From assembly GCA_026023565.1 (NCBI GenBank), contig JAPETS010000015.1:186001-250000 (forward strand): a stretch of DNA of 64,000 bases. The letters run 5' to 3'. The position numbers and the translations under genes were made by a program. This DNA comes from Cirrosporium novae-zelandiae. Lineage: Eukaryota. The notes under the pieces were generated by a model, which worked only from the letters and a program-made list of their open reading frames with translations, searched no databases and was not told the origin of the DNA. Below are positions 48,463-59,767 of this stretch, piece by piece; position 1 is the stretch's first letter; each line of letters starts with the position of its first letter.

Positions 48463-51245
48463 GGAAGATGACCCTGATTCAGAAGTGTATGAGGGGGCAG
48501 CCTATGAATGAATGACATAGGCAACAAACATTATTTTGACGTCAGCTAACCAAAGATAATACATGACAGTAGCGATTATCTAGTGCTTTGGTGCTGCCTT
48601 TCATATACGCACGTACGATTCTTACACTACTCCAATTCTATTTCTGTCTTTGTTGGGCGGGCAGGCATGAGTATACTCCTAAGCACGCCCTGTTGATTAT
48701 GAAAAAAGACAATTTTCTGAACTAATATTCGATTCATGTTTTTAACATTTATTCCATTTCCATGTCCCGTTGTCTGCTGCCTGATGATCTGACTACTTAG
48801 TTAAGCCCTGTATTTTTAGATATGCAATTTTACAAGAGGGTTAGGTGGGTCCTGGAATCTAGTCTGAGACAGGAAAGGGCCATATATTTCGTTGATTTAC
48901 AGAGGTAAACCCTCTGGAAAAAAGGAGAAGGGAGACGGGAGGAAAACACAAAAAACAGTTTAAATGCCCACAATTAACACCCTTATTTATGCCAGTTCCA
49001 GGTTTTTCTTTTTTCAGAAATATTAATGCAAAGTAACTCTACGGCAAGTACTTCTTCCTCTTATTGGATTCTCGGAGAGCTGGTGGACAAACTTACTCTG
49101 TTTGCAAATACTAAACATCCCAGCTCAATACTCATCCTCAGGGCTACATTCTTAGGTCCAAAAGGATTCGTGAAGCTTGAGAGTGGGTTCAACCGCCTGA
49201 ATGGTACCAATTGCCATCTTCTATGCCATCCTGTTGCAGAGCGATGAAGAAATATACAAGTGTATTGTTTGCTGATGGGAAGATGATATGATGCTTACAG
49301 AAGGCCGTCGAGTCGTTGGTCTAATCGTCGAAATTTTTTTGAGTGACAGCGTGATATCGTTGTTGTTTGCACGGGACGGCATATCAAACAGATTAAAAAG
49401 CCTTTATTTAGATTTTGGGGGTTCAGTATCGGGAATAAAGCAGGGATCACATCTCGCGCTCTGCGTCATAAATCATTACTACCCAACGACTGCGCCTTAT
49501 TCGAACCAGCCTTATCTAGAGGCCCTTCAATTCAACTCCCGATAAGGGCTTGGGGGGCTATTTCGAATGTTTATAATGAGGCCTGCACGCAAGAGGTATG
49601 AAAATACTAGTATTTGGGACGAGAAAGCTTCCTGTCGCACATGGCTGGGCAAATTAATAGCGAATTATGAGTATAAAAGAACATTCAAAGATGAAGCTCA
49701 TGCTTTATTGAAACTCCCGGATATGCCAAATGTTTCGTCATACCAAGTTTTGTCTTCCTATCCCTTTCTTATTAATCTTGCAGCCAAAAAAGACCCATCA
49801 TACCTGCACCGTTAGCTCTAACCACTTCGCGTCCTTCGGAAGCCTATGGAATGGACGCAATCCATTAATTCACTATCACAGTATTATAAGCAGCACCGTT
49901 AACGGGTTCTTTCAAGCTCTACTTTACTTTCTTAAGCCCTTGATGATATGAAAGCACAACATCATCAGCCAATGCACTCTCTGGGATACCGACTACCCAA
50001 CGCATAAAGGGTATTAGGTATGCATATGAAGCTACCTAATTTATCTAGTTAGCCATTTGCTATGAGGTACCTGGTGGGTATCTTACCTTAAAGCAATCGT
50101 ACCTTGTCCAAAAACATTTCGAACTCTTTGGATTTGGTCGTGGTATTATTTGTAAGTGCTTATGGTGCCTCGGCCTCTAACCTACAATTATATAGAACCA
50201 TCTAAGGGGTCTTGAAACAGTTTACTATTGCCCATGTTGATGCAATGTCCTCCCTGTCAAGATCTATAGTCTACTCCACAAGTTTCTTTGTGTGCAAGAT
50301 AAAAGAAGGATGGTAGACGCAATACTTTCCCAATTGCAAGATATGCCAAGGGCCAACAAAAATGAGCACGAACTCTGGCTCAGGATTCGCGAAGAGGCCG
50401 ATAGATTCTTTCCGGCTTTGATCATTGACGGCAAGGATTGGCTTCTTGGCCAGCATTGATGTGATACAAAATTTCAACTCAGCAGGATTCAGTTGCTGTT
50501 CCTACACTACATCAAATTCCCGTTCTTGGCTTGTGCTACTTCATAGATAAGCCATCGTCGTGACTTCATGTTCGGTGAGGTTAGACGTTAGGGTAAATGA
50601 ATTAATCTGTTAGCTATGGAGAATCCATAGCAGGGCCTCAAACTAGGCGAGGTGCATGCAGTACTTGACAGCCTTGTGATTTCAGCCTCAATAGTGTGTC
50701 CATTAGCCCGATTTCATTTCTATAAAGCGTAACGCTTTTCATTCCGATTTATCCTTAAATAATGGTCGAGTTATCGCAACGGAGAAACCCACCCCTAGAC
50801 GAGGCCGTCGAGTTCCAAAAAAGCATATATATCATACGAATATATATGATTTTCCTAGACCAGCCCCAGTCGTCTTCGCCTCGAGTGCTCAGGATCTTGT
50901 GGACTCCTACCCGAGCGGTGCTCTCTCGCTCGTTCCATCCTTCCACAATGCCCAATATTATCAAGGCCTTTTGAACAATACCTCAAACTTTGCTGCCACT
51001 ACAGAAGTATGACATCTTCGAGGTAAAAAATAACGTAGGAGAATGAACCCAGAATATTGACGAGACCGGATCCATCAATTACTTACAGGTAAGCAACCCT
51101 ATGAGCCTTATATAAACCTCAATCACCTTCTGATCCATTACCTCTAGGCCTGTATCTACGATGTGAAAAAAATGTCCTTACGCGTAATGTAAATACAAGA
51201 AGATTCCTGTTTAGTGTTTGAACTGATATGTGATTAAATCTATAG

Positions 51246-52493
51246 ATTTTGCACTATTGAGAATTCCGGCGAAGGAGCCTTTGGATATCGACTTTTAATA
51301 ATCCAAGCTAACACTCAACAACTTCTAAGCCAGTTCCATATCTCCCCCCAATTTGTGCCACTATTAGCTTGGGGAATCCAATTATTAGTCACCTGGAGAT
51401 TTTATGACTTATGACTCTGCTGGTGAATTACAACAATTGGGTATTCACTTCTTTATCGAACTAATTACCAGCTCAACCTAGCAACCCAATTTATAATTCT
51501 TCTGCCAACAGCCTCGACGGAGTATCCGCCAGCGACGAATGCCTTGGCGTATCTATATGAATTATGATAAGCTAGCTAGTACAACCTACGTTATTGTCTG
51601 TAATAATCAATACCCGCCAAATGAGACAGTAAAGGCGAGGCTTACAGGCACTTTAGTGGGTGCTTCAGAAACCGTCACCTCAAAATCTCATGCCCGAGAT
51701 CTATTTTTCCTTCATTGCATGATAACTCACGAGGCATTTTTTGAGGCTATACGACCAGCTAGACGTCTATGCTCATAACAGGTCACACCAGAAAGCTCTA
51801 AAGAAATTGACAATTAAACTCCACGATGTATCGCAAGACACAGACGCTCTTCTGGCCAATTCAGATATGGCAGAAATGATCACAGCAAGAATGCGCTCGG
51901 CGCACTCCCGTTTTGAAAAACTGCTAGGCGCGGAGGATATCAAGGGCAAGACTGTCAAGATCAGCGGCTCACTGCAATACCCCCAAGCCCCGATCCAATC
52001 CCAAAAGCGCTGGCTCCTTAATTACAAGGCCCGCAAGGACATTGCCATGAATTTAGTTTGTATTCTTAGAATATAAAATTGGTAGCCTCACTAACTATAT
52101 GTCCAGGTGTTCAATTTGGTAACTCAACAATATAGTGTTGCTAACACGCTAACTGCTAAAGAGGCCAAGGCAGATAGTTCATCTATGAAGGCCATGGCTA
52201 TCCTAACCATGGTGTTTCCTCCTGGCACTTCCATAGCGTCAGTCTTCAGCCTAGATTTCATCAGTAGCGCTAAGTGGACGGATTACGTTGCGATCACCCT
52301 ACCACTAACAGTGGGGGTGGTGATAACATGGTGTATTTTCACTACATATCCGCTAATGATTTGGATTAAAGAATTGCCACGGAGATGTATACTCGGAGAG
52401 CATCAAGTCGAAGACAGCAATGTATGGAGAAAAGAGGGTGTGGGCTCACTAAATGAGAAAGACGGTGCACTAAGACACTTGGAATGCATATAA
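51246..52493 (+). pseudogene. Degenerate fungal CorA-like two-TM domain gene
   Basis: WLLNYKARKDIAMNL|VFNLVTQQ..AKADSSSMKAMAILTMVFPPGTSIASVFS..YVAITLPLT is a CorA-like C-terminus (intron ~52056-52106). Frameshift between the 51539 and 51741 frames; upstream portion also disrupted. Confidence 0.65.
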
Positions 52494-53449
52494 TTCAAGA
52501 CTAGTCAAAAAATTGACTGTTTGATCTTCAATTCCCAAGCACGTTAATGGTAGGAACATCTGAGGTCCCACGTGAGGGTAAACATGGACACGTTTGCAAC
52601 ATTGTCAAAGTCGAGTACGAGCCTTCGTTGCAACGAATACTTTCGTAGATATATCTTCATACTTCTTCCAATACGTCTTCTACTAGCATCATCCCTAATT
52701 CCCAACATCCATACCTCCCTCCCTTCTCAAATCTCCACGGGTGGTGGTGGCTTCTCAAACCCAACAAGAACAAAAAAAAATAAAAGAAAGAGAAGCCTAG
52801 AAAATCCCAAACAAGATTGGAGAACAAACCCTTCAATGATGGTGATGATCCACGGACAAGGACATCAAGATAAAACTCAATCAACTAGCACCAAATAAAT
52901 AAATAAACAACTAATCATGTGAGAAAGGGGCAAAAGAACCCCCCTCACATTAGGAGGAACTCTTTAGGTCATCAGGGGACCCAAGGTAGATTCAACTTAT
53001 AATCATTAACATACCCCCCCTTTTTTCCTTTCTCTTCATCTTTGATGTTCTAATACTAATGACACATTTAACTAAATCCTAAGCAGTAGTAGTAGCAAGT
53101 AGTAACACCCTTCTAATAAAAGTAGTAATTATCCCCTACCTACCTACTTAGGCGGATATATATAACCCACCTGCGACCGTAGCACTCACCCACTCACGCA
53201 TCCACTCACGCATCCACTCAGTATATTTATTTAAATAAAGCCTCATAAAATATATATATGTATTCATGTAGAAGCTATAACCTATAACCTATGACGTACT
53301 ATACTATATTGTACGTCTATCTGTCTATGATGCATGTATGTGTTGGCTGGCTGGTTGCCTGAGCGGGCTTAGTACTGACCTGCCTGCCTACCTGCCTACC
53401 TACGTCTCTCTTTAGTTCTTTCTTTAAAAAAAAAATCCAACTTCGGTTG

Positions 53450-55581
53450 TTAGTCTTCTTTCCTTCCTTCTCCTCCTCCTCCTCCTTCGTTTGCATTTTC
53501 CTCTCTTTCTTTCTCCTTCTTCTTCTCCTTCTCTTTTTCCTTCTCCTTCTCTTTTTCCTTCTCCTTCTCTTTTTCCTTCTCCTTCTCTTTTTCCTTCTCC
53601 TTCTCCACATCCTTCCCCCGCTTAAACAATCCAACAACCCTCCTCACCTTCGCCTTAACCTTCTCCAGCTTCCCAAATCTCGGAGCCGCTTCATCAGCCC
53701 CCACAAATCTCCTTACCAGCAAGTTAAAAAGATTCCCAAATCCCAACGCGATAACCGTAGACGTCAAAATGATGACATTGTAGGGCATGCTAAAATCGGG
53801 CGTTGGGAGCGGAAGCAGCAGGGAGGGCGTGCGGATGTAGGCTGAGTTTGAGTTGGGGGTGATGGAGGAAGATAAGGCGGAGAGCGGGTGGTGTTGGTAT
53901 TGGGTTTGGGTTTGGGTTTGGGGTTGGTTGGGGAGGATTCGGATGATTGCGGGGGCAACGTCGAAGCCACGGTTCGCGTCTGGTGGGTATTCTGTGTATC
54001 GGAGGATGGCTTTTTCGAAATCGTAGGTTAGGGCTACGGTTGAGGCGGGGGGGACTTCGAGGCGTAGTTCGAGTTGTGTGCCGCGGTAGCGGTCGAGGGC
54101 CGGGCGGTAGTATGTTTCTTTGATGAGGGTTTGTGATGATGATGATGCGTTGGCGTTTGGAAGGAGGCGTGCGTGTAGAGTGTGAAGATAGGGTTTCATG
54201 AACCATGGGAGAGATTCTAGATAGATAAATGAAATCGGGTTGTGGGGATCTGGGTTGGTGAGTAGAGACTGTACGCCTCCTCGTTCTTGACCGTGGCCTG
54301 TAAAGGAGCGTTCGGCGTATAATGGTGGCTGAGGTAGATAGGGTTTTGTGTTTAGAGTCTGCCAGGGGACTACGAGATCAAAGTCCTCCAGCTTTGGAAT
54401 TAAGAAGCAACGGGATTGGATAGGGAGTTCGGAGGGCGGGCTCTTATATTCTATGACACCGGCGGTTGCGTATACTGCTAGGTCATGGGAAGTTGTCATA
54501 CACACTGTGCGGGAGGATGGGCCCTCCTCTGCAGTGAGGGGACAAGAGCCGTGTATAGAACGGCCGAAGAGTTCGCTGAGACCCCAGCCAGGGGTAGATG
54601 TGGAGGGTTTAGACATCGGGTAGCACGTGTCATCGGAGTGGTAGGGCTTGCTGGTATTGCAAGCGAGATCCTCAGCACGACCAGGACGAGGAATTGGATT
54701 GTCTAAAGGGAGTCAGAAGTAGATTATTAAAAGGAGATGTTGTAGTACACACCCCGAGGGCGCTTGGAGCGCTCAATATCCAGGACCATATCGATAGTCT
54801 GCTCAATCTCAATGAGGCATTCAGATTGATCTTCCGGACATATCGGCCGGACATCAATGGCCATGGTCTGCCAGGCTGCATCGAACAGTTTGTGGCCATC
54901 CAGTAGACTAGATATTCCTGCCTTGCCCTTACAAGGAAGCAATTTCAAAAACGGTGTTAGATTCTCCGTGCACACAACCTCTCGAGGCAGAGTCCCGTGC
55001 AAAAGGTGTAAATTTGGTAAGCTTTCAGGAGAATGATGACCAGCGGGCTCAAAGGACATAACCGGTTTGGTGGTCCTGGTCGAGTCGATGAAATTCAACG
55101 ATGCACAGAACAGCCCCGAGAGGGAGTTTGTTAGGGTGATCCACTTTGCGAATGCGCTGAATAGAAATCAGTCTCTTATAATTTATAGATTGTTCATTCA
55201 AATAGTTCCATACGCTTCATCCGAGTCATCTTCAATCCACGCCCATAGCTCAACGCCTGTCCCCCCTTCCTTATTCCCATCCCAAGGCCTAGCACCCCAG
55301 CTTTCCGCATCCCATCTCCCCGTACTAAACCTCAAATGTAACTCTTTTGTATTTGCGTGTTGCAGAATCTGGCCTAGTGATCTTGGAAAAAACCTGAAAT
55401 GCTGATTCTCAAAGGACGACAAGGATGCATTGCTCCGAAAATTAAATGAAGCGAGCAAGGACGAAGGAGGTAACGGCTGAAGATTTAATCGTTCATGATA
55501 CTCTTGCGCAGAGACGGCGACAGACGAGAAGGCTAAGGATAGAAGCACCAGGTATACTGGGAGAGAAGGGAATTGGAACAT
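53450..55581 (-). CDS. GPI16: GPI transamidase subunit PIG-T
   Basis: Exons 55581-55214, 55156-54753, 54702-53450; signal peptide, FPRSLGQIL, LSGLFCASLNF, EVVCTENLTPFLKLLPC, EYPPDANRGFD, LPTPDFSMPYNVIILT. Confidence 0.96.
53506..53606 (-). repeat. GAGAAG/GAAAAA hexamer array encoding a (KE)n tail in GPI16
   Basis: Seen directly; 18-bp higher-order unit ttctccttctctttttcc. Confidence 0.9.
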
Positions 55582-55958
55582 GCCTTCATCATTGTGAAAC
55601 CGTCCAAAAGACGGGCAATTGGAATTCAAAACAAGTATTGTTCGGTCCGAAGCTTCAAGATGCGATGGGGTTCTCAAGTGTGATGATGGATGATCTGCAA
55701 CTTTATCCGAATAAACGCTTCCGCAGAGCCCCCAACTTAATATTTACCGCCATCATCTAAGCGCTTGACGCAACTCAAAGTTTCAAAGCTCCAGTCGCAA
55801 AAGGATGTTTAAGTAGTCTACTCCAAAGCTTAGATTTCAAACCTCCTTCACTCATTTTCCAAACCACTTGATTTTCTTACATCGCTATTGTGTCTATATA
55901 AACCAATCGATCAGTTCGACCTTATTGACCGAACTCATCTCCAGCATTCATCACAATC

Positions 55959-56825
55959 ATGGCTGCCGAGCAAAGAAAGCTGCTCGAGCAGCTCATGGGT
56001 GACCAACTCATGGGCTCAACGCAGACCTCCCGCTCCTCCAATCTCTCCCTTACTGACCCCAAACTCTGTCGTTCCTACCTGGCAGGCACCTGTCCACACG
56101 ACCTCTTCACCAATACAAAACAAGACCTTGGTCCCTGCCCCAAAGTCCATTCTGAGGCTCTGAAATCACAGTATGAAGCGCTTGCCCCCCCCGAAAAACA
56201 AAAACACGGGTTCGAGTTCGATTACATGAGGGATATGCAAAAGTATATCGACGAGTGCAACAGGAGGATCGATGCTGCGCAGAGGCGATTAGAGAAGACA
56301 CCCGATGAAATCAGGCAGACGAATGCACTTCTCAAGCAGATATCAGACCTCGACGCCACAATTAGTACCGGATTGCAAGAAATCCAAGTTCTAGGCTCCA
56401 CGGGCTCCGTCTCCCTCGCCATTTCTGAATTCTACAAGCTTCGCACCGCGAAACACCAAAAAGAGGAGCGTGAACGTGACCTCAAAGCCTTGTCAGACAC
56501 TTCCGGGCCCTCAGGACACCAGAAGCTACAGGTCTGCGATGTTTGTGGGGCCTATTTGAGTCGATTGGACAATGATAGGAGATTGGCGGACCACTTTTAT
56601 GGAAAAATGCATTTAGGGTATGCGCAGATGAGGAGAACGTATGAACAATTGCAGAAAGAATTGAAGGGACGGCCGCCGCCGGTGAGGAATGAGGAGAGAG
56701 AAGATGGGGATGAACGAGGATGGGGTGGGAGGGGATATGGCGGAAGAGGTGGTGGGTATGGAGGTAGAGGATATGGTGGCAGAGGAGGTTATAGAGGACG
56801 GGGTGGGTACGGTGGAAGATGGTAG
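55959..56825 (+). CDS. LUC7: U1 snRNP component Luc7
   Basis: MAAEQRKLLEQLMG, CRSYLAGTCPHDLFTNTKQDLGPCPKVH, KLQVCDVCGAYLSRLDNDRRLADHFYGKMHLGY; RGG tail. Confidence 0.97.
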   Translation: MAAEQRKLLEQLMGDQLMGSTQTSRSSNLSLTDPKLCRSYLAGTCPHDLFTNTKQDLGPCPKVHSEALKSQYEALAPPEKQKHGFEFDYMRDMQKYIDECNRRIDAAQRRLEKTPDEIRQTNALLKQISDLDATISTGLQEIQVLGSTGSVSLAISEFYKLRTAKHQKEERERDLKALSDTSGPSGHQKLQVCDVCGAYLSRLDNDRRLADHFYGKMHLGYAQMRRTYEQLQKELKGRPPPVRNEEREDGDERGWGGRGYGGRGGGYGGRGYGGRGGYRGRGGYGGRW

Positions 56826-57224
56826 GCATCGTATTCCGGCGATTAGAAACGTCGAGTTTGTTCATAGGAAGAAAGCGAGGCGTTTGGGTTTGGAATTTAC
56901 AAAAGGATTGGTGTCTAGGTACCTACAATATCAGCTCCTACAGGAGCATAGGAACAGGGAATTGGTACAGAACATAAACTTGGTTGATAATGATATTGGT
57001 ATCTCACGCTCGCAAACAAACAAGGCAACAAGAGATGTATCTCTCCATCGAGCAAAACCCTTCTAGAACTAGCAATACAGCCAACTTTCTCATTCCATCC
57101 TCATTTTATCCTCAGCTCCCTTGGATAGATACTTTTTCCAGCTCTCATGTTGCTCAATCAGTAGCAATGCCGTTTCCTTTCCTTCATCAATTCTAGCCCA
57201 TCATCGTAAATATTCATACAATCC

Positions 57225-58403
57225 TCAAACCGGCGTCTCCATTTGATCGGCCCAAGTACCCCTCTCAACATTCGGACTCGGCACGTCGATCTTCGGGCTA
57301 GGTTTCACACTTGGATTTGCGCCATTCGTCTCTCCTTCATTTGCACGTTTCGCCACATTATTGACCGCAACTGTGGTCTTTAAATTCGCTGGCTTGCTAC
57401 CTGGTAACGACGGGAAGTCCTCTTCGGCACTGATGACCGGGGCCGTCTGTGCTTTGGGCTTTTGCTGCTGGACTTCACCCTTCTGTTGGGAGAAGTAGTC
57501 GTCTCCACCCCTGTACCCACCCCTCCCTCGTCCCCTACCCCTCCCTCTCCCGCCTCTTCCTCTGCCTCTTCCACCAAAATCTCTCCCATCATCGAATAGC
57601 TCCGGTTGATTATCCCCGCTACCTCCACTCCTGACAACGCCCCCAAAAGCACCCCTCCTTGCGTACCCACGTCCTCGTCCCCCAGATCCATACTCGGTTG
57701 AGTAATCCTCCTCCTTCTTTTCACTATCCCACTCCCTTCTCTCCATAGCCTTCATCTTCCTCAATCTGTTCTTCTCTCGATCCAAATCCATTTCACGCCT
57801 TTGAGTCCGTTCACGACGCTGTTGTTGGGCGGCTTCGGATTCGCGCGCAAGGAATTGGGCTTCGTCCGCTTCGGCGGCTGCATGGGCTGCACTGAGTTTC
57901 GCGTTATTGAGTGCAATAGCAGCCATGCGTTCAGCGAGTTCGGCTTCAGTGAGCTTGGGCTAGAGGAACGATGTTAACTTCTCAGTTAAACTCCATACGA
58001 CTATGAGCGAAGAAAACGAACATGTCGGTCATACCTTTTTCACCGCTCCTGTTCCACTCCTGTCCCCTCTTACAGCCTGCACTCTTGCCGTCTCAGTCTT
58101 TGGTTCATCCTCTACCTCCCCTTCTGCTTTCTCGGCTTTCTCGGCCTTCTCTACATCGGGATTGGAGACATCGTCAACCCTTCTTTCTCCTCTTCCCCTC
58201 CCGCCTCTTCCCCCTCTCCTCTCATGAAAATTTGCTCCTTTACCGCCACGCTGCGACTGGGCTGTAGAAGATGCAGCTTGTTGTTGGGGTATGGGTTCTG
58301 GGTCTGGTGGGGCAGTTTCTTCAGCGACAGCAGCATTGATAACGGGAGTGAAGTCGTCTTCGAATAGATCATCTGTTGGGCGAGACTGTGCGAATTCATC
58401 CAT
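57225..58403 (-). CDS. Hypothetical RGG-rich, coiled-coil protein (probably RNA-binding)
   Basis: Exons 58403-58035 and 57959-57225 (intron GTATGA..CTAG); MDEFAQSR..DDLFEDDF, AVRGDRSGTG.VKKPKLTEAEL, REWDSEK, RGG tracts, EEDFPSLP, WADQME. Confidence 0.82.
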
Positions 58404-58582
58404 AGTGGGATAAAACGATAAAGTGATAGCTACAATATAATTATATTGTGGCTTTTGAAAGGTGGGGCAAGAATTAAAGTAAAGGCAATTGCGCGTAGAT
58501 GGTTGGTGGGGCAAGTCGATGATGATGAAAAGTGTTTATCGAGGTAATTATTTTGTGGGAGTTATCAAGGCACGCTGGTCCC

Positions 58583-58665
58583 AAACTCGGATCTTCACGT
58601 ATTGGGGGTTAAAAGTGTGATGTAAAAAGTATATAGATTTGTAGAAGAAGAAGTACTACTTAGTC
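58583..58665 (-). repeat. Diverged copy of the RPC10 5' exon segment (20201-20299)
   Basis: aaactcggatcttcacgtattgggggttaaaagtgtgatgtaaaaagtatatagatttgtagaagaagaagtactacttagtc on + strand. Confidence 0.85.
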
Positions 58666-59256
58666 TATATATTCCGCAAAAACGTTCTATACTCAAAATT
58701 AATTCTAATGGTAACTACAATTAACAGGAAAGGCGACAACATAGCAGTTCTATAATAATTTTGCTCAAAAAAGGATTTTCGGGGACTGAAAGTGAATCGT
58801 ATATTTGAATGTATTCACGATATTAGGAAATTATTCAAACAGACGATTTATTTTCGGGTTTTCCAACAAAAATCAGTTTGTAATAATAATTTTGTGGAAA
58901 ATTACTCGGATACCACCCCCCCACTACCCGTGTCTCGGCGTTTCCTTATTCAGTAAGCTCAATATTTAGACCGTCGCCGTTTATACCATGGTTGGTTTGT
59001 GAGGATTACCTTGGTACTTTGGTACTTTAGCAGCAGAATTTGAATTCTGCCATCCGATGGTCAAGGTGAGGAAATGATTGGTGGATAAGCTAGGCGGTAG
59101 GTAATATGACGTTCGTTATTTGCGAAACACTTTGCACTTTCTAATATTACCCTATATGGAAACCTTAGGGCTTGGTTCGAGGGTTTAATTGAGCATTTTA
59201 ATAAGTACCCAAGTACTGTGGTAGAATACAACCCCCTTACTCCATCCATTCATTGT

Positions 59257-59767
59257 TCAAATTTTCCTCCCTTTGCTTTCTCCGCCTCCCCGAACACTTT
59301 GTTTTCTCCTCCCCTCGCTCGCACTTGGGCTTGACTGCGCACCACCCTCTGTCTGATCTCTCGGTTCACTTATGTCTTTGTTCGCTGGACTAGCCTCCAA
59401 CGGATTTACCTCGCCCTTTTTCTTTTCCGTCTGATTAGCCCTACTCTTTCTTTGCACTCGCTTTCTAAACACCGTTGCTTACAGGCTTTTCTTTCCCTGC
59501 CGTATCCAACTGTTCTTCCGGAGATGTTTGTGAAGGGTCAAAGGCAGGTTTTTGATGCGCAGCCTCCTGGTCGCCAGATGTCGAGGACTGCGTGTATTCG
59601 GTAGTTTCTGTTTTAAGTGAATCTTTAGACTGGCTATCCTTTCGTGGATAGGAGCAGGTGGCTGTTGTATGTAATGCTCGTGGTATTTGGAGGCAATTTG
59701 GACGGCTGTTTAACCCTAAAGGGGCACGACAATTGATGCGTGTGAAGGTGCGAATACAAGTAGTCAT
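59257..59767 (-). CDS. Small hydrophilic hypothetical protein with mitochondrial-type presequence
   Basis: Exons 59767-59483 and 59415-59257; Arg-rich acid-free N-terminus ending RALHTT, then YPRKDSQSKDSL..EY.QS..D..AA..AFDP..TSPE..NPLEASPAN. Confidence 0.78.

Noticed and set aside
49300..50520. Fragmentary ORFs and splice-like signals suggesting a decayed gene or transposon
   Set aside because: No identifiable domain, terminal repeat or consistent frame.
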